From: Acidobacteriota bacterium
GTDB taxonomy: Bacteria; Acidobacteriota; UBA6911; RPQK01; JAJDTT01
NCBI GenBank assembly: GCA_965217775.1
Contig: CBDCJH010000002.1
Coordinates: 4,448,001 to 4,512,000 of the forward strand
DNA: 64,000 bases
Direction of reading: 5' to 3'
Shown: positions 18,406 to 27,816 of the stretch, in pieces
Layout: every line of letters begins with the position of its first letter
Position numbering within the stretch: the first letter of the stretch is position 1
Notes under the pieces: generated by a model
Seen by the model: the letters and a program-made list of their open reading frames with translations, nothing else
What the model was told of the DNA's origin: nothing
The model's database searches: none
Made by a program: the position numbers and the translations under genes

Positions 18406-19494
18406 TCAGCCGCCGGCGTTCCCCAATTCCTCCAGCAGACCCTTCATCAACAGCGGCCAGACCAGGGTCGCGTCGGCGTGGACCTCGGCGTAGCGGCCGC
18501 CCTCCTCGGGGGAGACGAATTTACCCCAGCTGACCCCTTCCGTATAGCTGCAGCCCGAGAGCCCGCCCCAATGATCCGGTTCCGGACAGATGCGGACGCC
18601 ATAGCGAAAACGGGGTGGCGGATGGCGGATCCCCAAGCGGTTCGCGGCCACCTCGAAGTAGGGACCCACCTGCTGCGCCCAGTTGCGGGGGACTCCGCCG
18701 CCGATGGTGAAGATCCCCAACCGTGGCGCGGCGGCGGCGAACCGGGCGTACTCCTGCAGGTCCAGGAACGGATTGAAGGGAGGAACCGCCCGGAAGATCT
18801 CATCCGGTTCGGCCAGTTCCCGGCCCTCCGGTGTGGCCCGCGTCTCCCTTTCCATGGCCCAGTTGGCCAGATCGAGGCCGATCTCGCTGTCGGTGAAGGC
18901 GGGAATGAACACCGGGACGCCGCGGCGGAAGGCGCTGCTGAGAATGCCCGGCCCCTGGTCGGCCCGGCTCAGTTGCCGGCCCAGAGCCCGGCAGAGGCCG
19001 GCAGACGACCAGATTCCGCCTTCCGGCTCCTCCCGGCTCAGGACCGAATGCAGCAGGTCCTCCACGTCGTCCAGGTTGCGCTCCATCTCCAGAGTGTCGT
19101 AGATCCGGTTGTAGCCCCGGCGGTAGAGGAACTCGTCGGAATGGCGACTCTCGTAGCGATAGTGGACGAGTCCCAGCGACTCGGTGAGCCCGTGGGCGAT
19201 GAGAGCTCCGGTGGCGACCACGGCGTCCACCCAACCCCGGTCCAGCATGCGGCAGATGATCTGTCCCTGCTTGGCCACGGTCATGGCCCCGGAGACGGTC
19301 AGGACAACGCGGCACGGCTCATCCCGGATCATCTCCAGGAGGACCTCGAAGGCCTCTCCCAGGTTCCGCCCACCGAAGGCCGTCCTGGACATGGCCCGAA
19401 GCAGCTCGGAAAAGGTGTCGATCTCCTCTATTGGAAGGCTTTCGATGGGGTCCAGGCCATCGGATCGGCCGTCGCTGCGCCGTCGGCTGCCCAT
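18406..19494 (-). CDS. Deoxyhypusine synthase-like protein (probably polyamine/homospermidine synthesis)
   Basis: TAFGGRNL, SGAMT, TGAL, NRIYD, PAFTDSEIG, IGGGVPRNW, GGLSG, EGVSWGK (catalytic Lys), ADAT. Confidence 0.9.
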   Translation of the reverse strand: MGSRRRSDGRSDGLDPIESLPIEEIDTFSELLRAMSRTAFGGRNLGEAFEVLLEMIRDEPCRVVLTVSGAMTVAKQGQIICRMLDRGWVDAVVATGALIAHGLTESLGLVHYRYESRHSDEFLYRRGYNRIYDTLEMERNLDDVEDLLHSVLSREEPEGGIWSSAGLCRALGRQLSRADQGPGILSSAFRRGVPVFIPAFTDSEIGLDLANWAMERETRATPEGRELAEPDEIFRAVPPFNPFLDLQEYARFAAAAPRLGIFTIGGGVPRNWAQQVGPYFEVAANRLGIRHPPPRFRYGVRICPEPDHWGGLSGCSYTEGVSWGKFVSPEEGGRYAEVHADATLVWPLLMKGLLEELGNAGG

Positions 19495-19526
19495 GGTTCA
19501 GGCAAGTCTACCAGGAGCGAAAAATC

Positions 19527-19551
19527 GTAGGGGCGACCCTCGTGGTCGCTC
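19527..19551 (+). repeat. GTAG-type REP
   Basis: GTAGGGGCGACCCTCGTGGTCGCTC. Confidence 0.75.
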
Positions 19552-19701
19552 GTTGCCGATGTCGTGCAATAGCCGGTGTGGGACTGGCGAATTGGGGCTC
19601 GGCCGTTGGGGAGAGACAACCATGGGTGGAGACGGTACCATGAGGCCAGTGCGGGAGACGGTTGCCGCCTTTTCTGTTTATTCCAACTGGAGGTTCCTCC
19701 C

Positions 19702-20664
19702 ATGCCCTCATTAAAAGTTCCATTCCTGCCGCTGACTCTGGTGACGGTGCTCCTCACCTCTTCCCTGCCGGCGGCTGCCGACAAGATCAAGAAACCTCTG
19801 ACCCCGCGACAGGTCATGGAGCATCTGGAGGGACCCATCTTCTCCCTGGTGCTGCCCTTCGACGCGGAGGGAAACGTGGATCACGCCGCCATTCGGAAGA
19901 TGATCTCCAACGCCATGAAATACGGCGTCCGGATCTTCAACATGACGGGCGGGAACACCAAATACGACTGGATCTCCTACGACGAGATCAAGGCCGTGAC
20001 CCGGACCTTCGTGGAAGCGGTGGGCGATCACGGCATCAGCATCGTCTGCACCAACAACTTCTGGAATTCCCGGTTGATCGACTACCTCCGCTACGCCGAA
20101 GGGTTGGGTGCCGACGCCGTCGAGGTGCTGGCGCCGAGGATGGCGGAAGAGGATATCGTCGAGTACTTCCGGACCGCTGCCGCCAACACCCGGATGGCCA
20201 TCTCGGTCAAGAACGTCGGGCTCAAGGACAAGACCTGGCGCAAGCTCCTGGAGCTCGACTCCGTGGTGGCCATGAAGGAGCACGACATCCGGGAGTACAT
20301 CTTCCTGGAAGCCAAATTCGCAGACCGGCTCCGCGTCTACAGCGGCGGCAGCATCTACCGCTTCCTGGCCGCGGCTCCCTACGGCGCCAAGACCTACTTC
20401 GACATCTACGCCATCATCGCCCCCTGGATCGCCAAGGAGTTCTGGGAGGCCTTCCAAGCCGGGAACATGGAAAAATGCTACGAGATGTCGAAGAAGTACG
20501 ACGTCCCCATCATCGAGGCCTTCAGCCTCCCCTTCTTCCACGGCGCCCTGGAGTACTTCGGGCTCGCCAAGCGGCATCTCCGGGCTCCCATGAAATCCTA
20601 CACTGATGAGCAGATGGGTGAAGTGAAGGCGTTTTTCGAGTCTCTCGGCCTGTTCCCCCGGTAG
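19702..20664 (+). CDS. Dihydrodipicolinate synthase/N-acetylneuraminate lyase family protein with a signal peptide
   Basis: PFDAEGNVD, AEGLGADAV, VVAMKEH Schiff-base Lys; N-terminal hydrophobic stretch ending PAAA; GGAGG RBS. Confidence 0.75.
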   Translation: MPSLKVPFLPLTLVTVLLTSSLPAAADKIKKPLTPRQVMEHLEGPIFSLVLPFDAEGNVDHAAIRKMISNAMKYGVRIFNMTGGNTKYDWISYDEIKAVTRTFVEAVGDHGISIVCTNNFWNSRLIDYLRYAEGLGADAVEVLAPRMAEEDIVEYFRTAAANTRMAISVKNVGLKDKTWRKLLELDSVVAMKEHDIREYIFLEAKFADRLRVYSGGSIYRFLAAAPYGAKTYFDIYAIIAPWIAKEFWEAFQAGNMEKCYEMSKKYDVPIIEAFSLPFFHGALEYFGLAKRHLRAPMKSYTDEQMGEVKAFFESLGLFPR

Positions 20665-20670
20665 AGTCAT

Positions 20671-20697
20671 GAGGGTGCCCACAAGGGGCGCCCCTAC
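20671..20697 (-). repeat. GTAG-type REP
   Basis: Reverse complement GTAGGGGCGCCCCTTGTGGGCACCCTC. Confidence 0.8.
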
Positions 20698-20787
20698 GTC
20701 TTTTTCACCGGTGATAGATAGTAGGACGCCTCGAAGGATGGGACGTAGGCAATCCCTGAATGCCGCCTTCCCGACGCTTCAGGTAGA

Positions 20788-21045
20788 TCACCAGGTTTCA
20801 TCATTCCAATTCGTTCCAGCGACATCCAATTGGGCTGCCACGCGCTTCTGGTACCGACTCAACTCGGGCTCCGAGAACAAATCATCCAGACGGCGGGTCA
20901 CTTCGGCGTCCTGCTGAGCCCGGACGGATTCCCGCAGAACCCGCGTCACGAATCGATCCCGGGACTCCCCGCGCATCCGGGCGGCGTGGTCGACTTCCAG
21001 GAGCAGGTCCCCTGGAACGGCAATCTCGATCTTCATTAGACGCAT
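20788..21045 (-). CDS. CopG/ribbon-helix-helix protein, ChpI/MazE-like antitoxin (orphan)
   Basis: MKIEIAVPGDLLLEVDHAARMRGESRDRFVTRVLRE RHH pattern, EVTRRLDDLF, terminal Trp; AAGGGAG RBS. Confidence 0.75.
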   Translation of the reverse strand: MRLMKIEIAVPGDLLLEVDHAARMRGESRDRFVTRVLRESVRAQQDAEVTRRLDDLFSEPELSRYQKRVAAQLDVAGTNWNDETW

Positions 21046-21065
21046 TTGGGACTCCCTTTCTATAA

Positions 21066-21223
21066 CAGCCCGTGGCAAAAGTCGTCACGGCATTCGACCG
21101 TCCCTGCATCCCGGCGGACTGCGTTGCTATCGGCTCACATACTCCCGGTATGCTCCCTCATCGCGCCTTGTCCGGCGGGCGCAGGACCGGTCTCGGTGCT
21201 CGTGAGACTTTCACCACGGACTG
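21066..21223 (-). mobile_element. 158-bp palindromic MITE-like element, family A, copy 2
   Basis: Same TIRs as copy 1; perfect 4-bp duplication ATAA at 21062-21065 and 21224-21227. Confidence 0.88.
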
Positions 21224-21357
21224 ATAACAACTTCAAATCTATCAGGGTCTCGGCGAGGTTGCCGATCCCTTCCGGATACGAACATTGCAGAGCGGCGACG
21301 ACTCTTGCTGCGGGCTGGTATTATTGCCGCTCGGACCCCAATACCGGAGTATCGACC

Positions 21358-21834
21358 ATGCCTCCTTGTTCCACTTTTCTGAAGGCTCCTCTGGTTTTCC
21401 TGCTGTCGGCGGCTGGTCTGGGTTGCGGCGGCGGGGACGCCGCGACCGAGGCGGAGCAGACGGCTCGCGAAGAGGCATTCCGGCAATCCATGTCGGGAGT
21501 CGTGCTGGAAGGATTCTTCACCGTCGGCGACGGCGCGGAACTGCGGAAGGAAAGGTACGAGATCGCCAAGGTCTCGAAGCTGGGCGGAGATATCTGGGTG
21601 TTTCAAGCCCGGATCCAGTACGGGAGCCGGGACGTCACGGTGCCGGTGCCGGTGCGAATGGAATGGGCGGGCGATACGCCGGTCCTGAGCCTGACCGAGG
21701 TCGCCATCCCCGGACTGGGCACCTTCACCGCGCGGGTCCTCTTCTACGACGACCAGTACGTGGGCGTCTGGCGCCACGGAGAGGTCGGCGGGCTGCACTT
21801 CGGGCGGATTGTTCCCGACCCGAACTCGGAATAG
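21358..21834 (+). CDS. Hypothetical lipoprotein, beta-rich
   Basis: Lipobox-like AGLGC; conserved-looking ERYEI, WVFQARIQYG, WAGDTPV, IPGLGTFTARV, GVWRHG. Confidence 0.75.
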   Translation: MPPCSTFLKAPLVFLLSAAGLGCGGGDAATEAEQTAREEAFRQSMSGVVLEGFFTVGDGAELRKERYEIAKVSKLGGDIWVFQARIQYGSRDVTVPVPVRMEWAGDTPVLSLTEVAIPGLGTFTARVLFYDDQYVGVWRHGEVGGLHFGRIVPDPNSE

Positions 21835-21843
21835 GGTCACCCC

Positions 21844-22887
21844 ATGGCGAGACGGATCCGGGTGGCGGCCGGCAGCATCCGGGACCCCAGCGACGACATT
21901 CTGACCTTTGCGGCCCAACTGGGCTGTAGCGGCATCATTCTCAACACTCCCAACCTCAGCGGACGGCCTCCCTTCGGCTCCAGCCCCATCGGGTCCACAT
22001 ACTGGACGAAGCCGGGGGACGACGACGCCCCCACCCACTGGGACTACCTGGAGCTGTTGCAGTTGCGGACCCGGATCGAGTCGTACGGCCTGCGGCTGGA
22101 GGGCATCGAGAACACTCCCCTCCATTTCTACCAGCGGTGCATTCTGGGCCTTCCGGGCCGGGACCGGGAGATCGAGAACTACCAGGAGACAATCCGCAAT
22201 CTGGGGCGGGCGGGGATCCCCATATTGGGCTATCACTGGATGGCCAACAGCGTCTGGCGCACCTCCAAGAGCGAGCCGGCCCGGGGCGGCGCCCGGACCA
22301 GCGTCTACGACCACGAGTTGGGCCGAAGCGCTCCTTTAAGCTTCGACCGGGAATATTCCGAGGAGGAGCTCTGGGACAACTACGAGTACTTCATCCGGGC
22401 GGTCCTGCCCACCGCGCAGGAGGCGGGGGTCACCCTGGCGCTCCATCCCGACGATCCGCCGGTGGACTCTCTGGGAGGTGTGGCCCGGATCTTCCGGAAC
22501 CTCAAGGGATTCCAGCGAGCCATGGAAGCGATCGCCCCCGAACCCAACCACAAGCTGGACTTCTGCATGGGGACCTGGGCGGAGATGGGAGTGGATGAGA
22601 TGTTCGCCGGTCTGCGCTATTTCGGGGAGCGGCGCCGGATCGCGTACGTCCACTTTCGAAACGTCCGGGGAGCCGTGCCGTGCATCACCGAGACCTTCAT
22701 CGACGAGGGGGACGTGGACGTGGTGGAGGTGATGAAGCTGCTGGTGGAGATGGGGTTCGACGGTTTCATCATCGACGATCACGTCCCCGAGATGCCCGGC
22801 GACACCCTCTGGTCGCACCGGGGGCGCGCCTATGCCACCGGCTACATCAAGGGGCTGCTCCGCGCCGTCGAATCATTGACGGCGTGA
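21844..22887 (+). CDS. uxuA: Mannonate dehydratase family protein
   Basis: GRDREIENY, LWDNYEYF, LALHPDDPP, YVHFRNV, ETFIDEGDVD, DHVP, GYIKGL. Confidence 0.85.
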   Translation: MARRIRVAAGSIRDPSDDILTFAAQLGCSGIILNTPNLSGRPPFGSSPIGSTYWTKPGDDDAPTHWDYLELLQLRTRIESYGLRLEGIENTPLHFYQRCILGLPGRDREIENYQETIRNLGRAGIPILGYHWMANSVWRTSKSEPARGGARTSVYDHELGRSAPLSFDREYSEEELWDNYEYFIRAVLPTAQEAGVTLALHPDDPPVDSLGGVARIFRNLKGFQRAMEAIAPEPNHKLDFCMGTWAEMGVDEMFAGLRYFGERRRIAYVHFRNVRGAVPCITETFIDEGDVDVVEVMKLLVEMGFDGFIIDDHVPEMPGDTLWSHRGRAYATGYIKGLLRAVESLTA

Positions 22888-22920
22888 CCGTCGTCCCGCC
22901 TGAAAACTGGGGGAAAAATT

Positions 22921-22947
22921 GTAGGGGCATCCCTTGTGGGGGCCCTC
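22921..22947 (+). repeat. GTAG-type REP between convergent genes
   Basis: GTAGGGGCATCCCTTGTGGGGGCCCTC. Confidence 0.75.
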
Positions 22948-22973
22948 TTCCGTCTCATACGGAGCGACGCGTT

Positions 22974-24065
22974 TCAACTCTCCACAGCCGCGACGCGGCC
23001 GGTCCGTGCCGACTCGTAGATGGCCTCGATGATGGCCACCGCCTTTCGGGACTCGGGACCGTCCAACAGGAAACTGTCGTCTCCCTCCAGCCAGTCCACG
23101 AACCCGCGGATGTTCCCGGTATGGAGGCTGTAGTCGATGGCCATGGGATCGGCGGCTCCCCCGCCGCTGTGGGTCTCCTCGGAGAAACGCCGGCGCACAC
23201 CGTCGTCCCCGGCCTGCTCCTGGTCGAAGGCCCAGGTGACGAGCTCGTCTTCCAGCACTTCCGCGGTCCCGCCTCTCCCCGCCAACTGAAGTCGCTTCAG
23301 CGAACCGGGAAACATGGAGGTGGCCCCCAGGATCTGTCCCAGGGCGCCGCCGCGCAGCCGCAAGACGGCGACCGCCGTGTCCTCCACCTCGATCAGGTCC
23401 GGATCGTGACCCCGCTTGGCCGTGAAGGCGAAGATCTCCCGAACCGGATTGCCCCCCGGCGGCAGATCCGGGATGGCGGCCGAGGCCAGCCACTGGGCTG
23501 CGTCGACCCCGTGGATGGACTGGTTCATCATGGCGCCGCCGCCGTCCAGGGCCAGCGTCCCCTGCCAGCGATCCGGCGCGTAGTAGGCGTCGTCACGCCA
23601 CCAGGGCACGTAGGCGTTGACCACCGCCAAGTCGCCGAAGCGACCCTGGGCAGCGGCTCCGTGAACCACCCGCAGCACCGGGTTGAACCTCTGGGGAAAG
23701 ATGCCTCCCAACCGGATCCCGCTCTCCCGGGCCACCTGGATCATCCGGTCCACCCGCCGGACGCTGATCTCCAGGGGCTTCTCGCAAAGGACATGAATGC
23801 CGCGCCGGGCGCACGCCTCCAGCGGCTCCAGGTGAAACCCGCTGGGGGTGGCGATGGTGACGAATTCGGGACGGGCCTCGTCCAGGAGTTCTTCGTAATC
23901 CCGGTACCAGCGGCAGCCGAATCGGTCGGCGAAGGTCCGGCCCTTGGCCTCGGTCCGGCAGGAGCCGGCCACCAGATCCACATTCTGCAGATCGCCCATG
24001 GCCAGGGCATGGATGTCGGCGATGGCTCCGACGCCGATGATCGCCGCCCGGTAGGTCTTGCCCAT
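22974..24065 (-). CDS. Gfo/Idh/MocA oxidoreductase (cytoplasmic)
   Basis: GVGAIA, TPSGFH, HVLCEKPL, QRFNP, DGGGAMMNQSIHGVD, VEDTA. Confidence 0.93.
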   Translation of the reverse strand: MGKTYRAAIIGVGAIADIHALAMGDLQNVDLVAGSCRTEAKGRTFADRFGCRWYRDYEELLDEARPEFVTIATPSGFHLEPLEACARRGIHVLCEKPLEISVRRVDRMIQVARESGIRLGGIFPQRFNPVLRVVHGAAAQGRFGDLAVVNAYVPWWRDDAYYAPDRWQGTLALDGGGAMMNQSIHGVDAAQWLASAAIPDLPPGGNPVREIFAFTAKRGHDPDLIEVEDTAVAVLRLRGGALGQILGATSMFPGSLKRLQLAGRGGTAEVLEDELVTWAFDQEQAGDDGVRRRFSEETHSGGGAADPMAIDYSLHTGNIRGFVDWLEGDDSFLLDGPESRKAVAIIEAIYESARTGRVAAVES

Positions 24066-24093
24066 GTCTCCTGGCTCCTGCGGAAAGTGATGG

Positions 24094-25749
24094 CTATGGC
24101 GCCGGGGCCTGGTCGATCCAGGGGTAGCCCAATATCAGTCCGACCAACGCCAGCAGGGGAACCAGGCAGATGGCCATCTTCAGGAGGATCTGCTGCCTGG
24201 AGTCTTCCGGATTCATGATCCTGCACGCCACGAGGCCCGCGGTCAGGTTCGCTCCCAGCGCGACCGGGGAGATCCATTGGAAGCTGATGGCGGTGGTGTC
24301 CAGGCCGGTGCCCGCGGCGAGCACTTCGTAGAAGCTCCCGGAGAATGCCACGAGGAAAGCCGTGGTGACCCCGTAGATAGTGCCCACCAGCACTCCGGCA
24401 GCCCGTGCGAAGGGCACGAACATGGCGAAGAAGAAGAGGCCGAAGATGGGAGTCACCAGCAGGTTGGTGGTGCGTTGGGTCATGGCCGTGAAGTTTCCGG
24501 GAACATGTCCGATGAAGGTGCTTCCCACGACCACGATGGCGCCCACGGTGAGGGCCAGTATCTGGGCCCAGCGGACGTGCCCCTTCTCCGACTTGGGCTT
24601 CAGGCCGAACCGGTCCAGGAAGTCGGTCATGATGACCGCGGTGATGGAGTTCACGCCCGAATCGATGCTGGACATGGCCGCGGCGAACATGGCCGACACC
24701 ACGAGACCGGTGACCCCCGGCGGCAGGTGGAAGGAGACGAAGCGGGGGAAGATCCGATCCCCGTCCGTGATCAGGCTCAGGCCGGCCGGAAGCTCGTCCG
24801 GCCGCTGCTGGAAGTACCCCAGCAACGCGAATCCAACGAGCACCAGGGTCGTGGCCACACAGGCGCCCGCGCACATCTGGGTCAGGTAGGCCTTCTTGGC
24901 GGCCTTTGCGTCTCGCGTGGCCATGAACCGCTGGACCGAAACCTGGTCTCCGCCGGCCGTGCAGATCTGCCAGAGGGTGGCGCTGAGTATGGTTCCCAAG
25001 ACGGTGACCCGCATCCTGGGGTCGAAACTGAACGCCGGCTGGGCGTCCCAGGTGGGTTGCCAACTGGTGGGAAACCAGCTGAATCCACCGAGTTCGTAGG
25101 TCACCAGCCCGATCACCAGCCAGGCCCCGCCGAACAGCAGGCTGAACTGGAGGAAATCGGTGATGACCACCGCCCCCAGGCCTCCCAGAGAGGTATAGAT
25201 CACCGAAACGAAACCGGTGACCAGAACCACCAGCGGGATCCACTCGTCTCCCACGCCCAACATGGTCGTCATGGCCTTGGCGGCGATGTAGACCAGCAGG
25301 GACATCCAGACCAGGCGCATGGCGATGAACAGGACCGATCCCAGCAGCCGGATGCCCAGACCGAGCCGCTCCTCCAGCAACTCGTAGGCGCTGGTGACCC
25401 GCTGGCGCATGTAGATGTCCAGAAAAAACTTCGAGACGACCAGAAAGGCAATCGGGTAGGCGCAGAGGTTGGCCACGGTCGCCACGGGTCCCTTGGCGAT
25501 GGTCTCCCCCGGCATGGAGAGATAGGAGATGGTGCTCAGCAGCGTGGCGAAGAGGGAAATGCCCACCAACAGCGGGTTCATGGCCCCGCTGCCCACGAAG
25601 TACTCGCTGGTGCTTCGCTGCCGGCGCGAGAAGTAATAGCCCAGGCCGATGGTCGACGAGGCGTAAACCACGACAATCAGCCAATCGATGAGGGTCAGTC
25701 CACCTTGTCCAGTGAGGTCCATGGCGTTTGCGGTCCCGAACTCTACCAT
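24094..25749 (-). CDS. Sodium:solute symporter (SSS, SiaT-like)
   Basis: DWLIVVVY, EYFVG, SAYELLEERLG, YTSLGG, TDFLQ, DQVSVQRF, AAAMSSIDSGVNS; many TM helices; alternative start at 25722. Confidence 0.92.
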   Translation of the reverse strand: MVEFGTANAMDLTGQGGLTLIDWLIVVVYASSTIGLGYYFSRRQRSTSEYFVGSGAMNPLLVGISLFATLLSTISYLSMPGETIAKGPVATVANLCAYPIAFLVVSKFFLDIYMRQRVTSAYELLEERLGLGIRLLGSVLFIAMRLVWMSLLVYIAAKAMTTMLGVGDEWIPLVVLVTGFVSVIYTSLGGLGAVVITDFLQFSLLFGGAWLVIGLVTYELGGFSWFPTSWQPTWDAQPAFSFDPRMRVTVLGTILSATLWQICTAGGDQVSVQRFMATRDAKAAKKAYLTQMCAGACVATTLVLVGFALLGYFQQRPDELPAGLSLITDGDRIFPRFVSFHLPPGVTGLVVSAMFAAAMSSIDSGVNSITAVIMTDFLDRFGLKPKSEKGHVRWAQILALTVGAIVVVGSTFIGHVPGNFTAMTQRTTNLLVTPIFGLFFFAMFVPFARAAGVLVGTIYGVTTAFLVAFSGSFYEVLAAGTGLDTTAISFQWISPVALGANLTAGLVACRIMNPEDSRQQILLKMAICLVPLLALVGLILGYPWIDQAPAP

Positions 25750-25752
25750 TTT

Positions 25753-25943
25753 GGATCGGCGGCTTTCCAGCCGCCGAATAGGAGCGGCGACAGGAGCGGC
25801 GGTTTCTAACCGCCGATCAGGGGAGGTTAGGGGGGACCATAGTCCCCCCTCTACAGTCTGGGGCAGGTAACAAGAAAGTTGCGCCTTCCAGGGGGCGACT
25901 GGAAATCGCCCCTCCTAGTGGGCGACAAGGATGTCGCCCCTCC
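25753..25943. repeat. Mixed REP cluster between divergent genes
   Basis: CGGCGGCTTTCCAGCCGCCG, GGAGCGGCGGTTTCTAACCGCCG, GGGGGACCATAGTCCCCC, GGGCGACTGGAAATCGCCCCTCCT, GGGCGACAAGGATGTCGCCCCTCC. Confidence 0.8.
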
Positions 25944-26017
25944 AGCAGGCCAAACGGGTTGCCAGTGCTGTTAGACTGTCAGTTTTCGTCCGGGGTCGGT
26001 CCCGTAGAGATTTCTTC

Positions 26018-27649
26018 ATGACGGAAACCAACCGGAAGCCTTCCTCTTCTGAGCAGCCCTGCGAAAAGCATCCCCTGGTCGAGCTCTGGACCATTGCCTG
26101 GCCTACGGTCCTGACCATGACCAGCTACACGGTGATGCAGTTCGCCGACAAGCTCATGGTGGGACAGGTGGGGCCGGTGGAGGTGGCCGCCCAAGGGAAC
26201 GGCGGCATCTGGGCGTTTACGCCCATTGCCTTCACGCTGGGTCTGCTGACGGTGGTCAACACCTTCGTGAGCCAGTCGCGGGGAGCGAAACGGGTCCTGG
26301 ACGCCCCCCGATACGGTTGGGCCTCACTCTGGCTCAGCGGCGGGATGTGGGTGGTGCTGATGCTCCCCTACGCCCTGCTGCTCAAATACATCTTCCCCCT
26401 GATCCACTCCGCTCAACGGGAACAGATTCAAAACGGATTGGAAAGGGCTTCGGGGGCCGATCTCCTCGCGGCGCAGGCTGAGCTGGAGCAGTTGGACAGA
26501 CTGATCGGCCTGGAGACCCAATACGCGCAGATTCTCCTGGCCGGATCGATCCTGCTCCTGATCAGCCGGGCGCTCCACCATTACTTCTTCGGTCTGCAGC
26601 GCCCCAAAGTGGCGACCGTCTCCGCCATCTGCGGAAACGCGACCAACGTGACGGTCAACTACGTGCTCATCTTCGGCCATCTGGGCGCGCCCGGGTGGGG
26701 GCTGCCGGGCATCCCCGGCGTGCCCGCCCTGGGCCTGACCGGAGCCGCCCTGGGAACCATCGCCGGCACGCTGGTGGAGTCTGCGATTCCCGTGATCCTG
26801 TTCCTGGGACCCTCCATGAACCGGGAGCTGCAGAGCCGGCGCCAGTGGAGACCGCAGAAGGGGCCGATCCTGGACCTGCTACGAATCGGACTCCCGGCGG
26901 GCGTCCAGGTGGGAAACGAAATGGCCTGCTGGTCCATCTTCATGACCCGGCTGGTGGGGGTCTTCGGAACCTATCACCAGACTGCGGGGTGGATCTCCAT
27001 CACCTACATCCACCTCAGCTTCATGCCGGCCCTGGGCCTGTCGGTGGCGGTGACCTCACTGGTGGGCAACTACCAGGGTGCCGGGCAGCCCGACGTGGCG
27101 GCCGCCCGGGCCCGCCTGGGAGTCCTGGTGGGCCTGATTTACATGACCTTGTTCGGAGTCTTGTTCTACCTCTTCCGGTATGAGCTGGTGTCCATCTTCG
27201 TGGGCGGACTGCATCTGGACGCCGGCGAGGCCCGGCAGATCGTGGAGATCGGCGCCACGCTCATGATCTGCGCTGCCATATTCCAGGCCTTCGACGCCTT
27301 CGGGATCATCTACACGGGCGCCCTCCGGGGAGCCGGCGATACGCTCTGGCCCAGCGCCGTCACCATCTTGTACAACTGGACCTTCATTCTGGGCGGCGGT
27401 TGGCTCATGACCCGGTACTATCCCCAGCTCGAATCGGTGGGCCCCTGGGTGGCCGCGACGGTGTACATCATCATTCTGGGAGTGACCATGGCCTACCGCT
27501 TCGAATCAGGCCGCTGGCGTACCCTGCGGATTCTGGAGCCGACGAAGCATGATGCCGCCCGGATAGCACCCCTCAGCCCCACGGCACCGGTGTCCGAGCC
27601 GGGAGCCGCCGTGGCGGACATCGCCGAGGAAGTGGGACGCGTCGACTGA
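26018..27649 (+). CDS. MATE family efflux transporter
   Basis: IAWPTVL, DKLMVGQVG, NYVLIFG, LLRIGLP, VGNYQGAG, GALRGAGDT; about 12 TM helices. Confidence 0.93.
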   Translation: MTETNRKPSSSEQPCEKHPLVELWTIAWPTVLTMTSYTVMQFADKLMVGQVGPVEVAAQGNGGIWAFTPIAFTLGLLTVVNTFVSQSRGAKRVLDAPRYGWASLWLSGGMWVVLMLPYALLLKYIFPLIHSAQREQIQNGLERASGADLLAAQAELEQLDRLIGLETQYAQILLAGSILLLISRALHHYFFGLQRPKVATVSAICGNATNVTVNYVLIFGHLGAPGWGLPGIPGVPALGLTGAALGTIAGTLVESAIPVILFLGPSMNRELQSRRQWRPQKGPILDLLRIGLPAGVQVGNEMACWSIFMTRLVGVFGTYHQTAGWISITYIHLSFMPALGLSVAVTSLVGNYQGAGQPDVAAARARLGVLVGLIYMTLFGVLFYLFRYELVSIFVGGLHLDAGEARQIVEIGATLMICAAIFQAFDAFGIIYTGALRGAGDTLWPSAVTILYNWTFILGGGWLMTRYYPQLESVGPWVAATVYIIILGVTMAYRFESGRWRTLRILEPTKHDAARIAPLSPTAPVSEPGAAVADIAEEVGRVD

Positions 27650-27654
27650 GCTAG

Positions 27655-27812
27655 GAGTCTGCGCCGTAGGAATGATCGTAGCGAGAAAGTGGGGAATCGA
27701 GGCCAGATTTTCTCGATTTGGAGGTGCATAGTCGTTCTATTCGCCGAGAAATCGAGGAAATATGGACCGATTCACCGCTTTCGCAGTAGATCGATTTCTG
27801 CGGCGCAGGCTC
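27655..27812 (+). mobile_element. 158-bp palindromic MITE-like element, family B, copy 2
   Basis: Flanked by CTAG at 27651-27654 and 27813-27816; differs from copy 1 at only a few positions. Confidence 0.88.
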
Positions 27813-27816
27813 CTAG

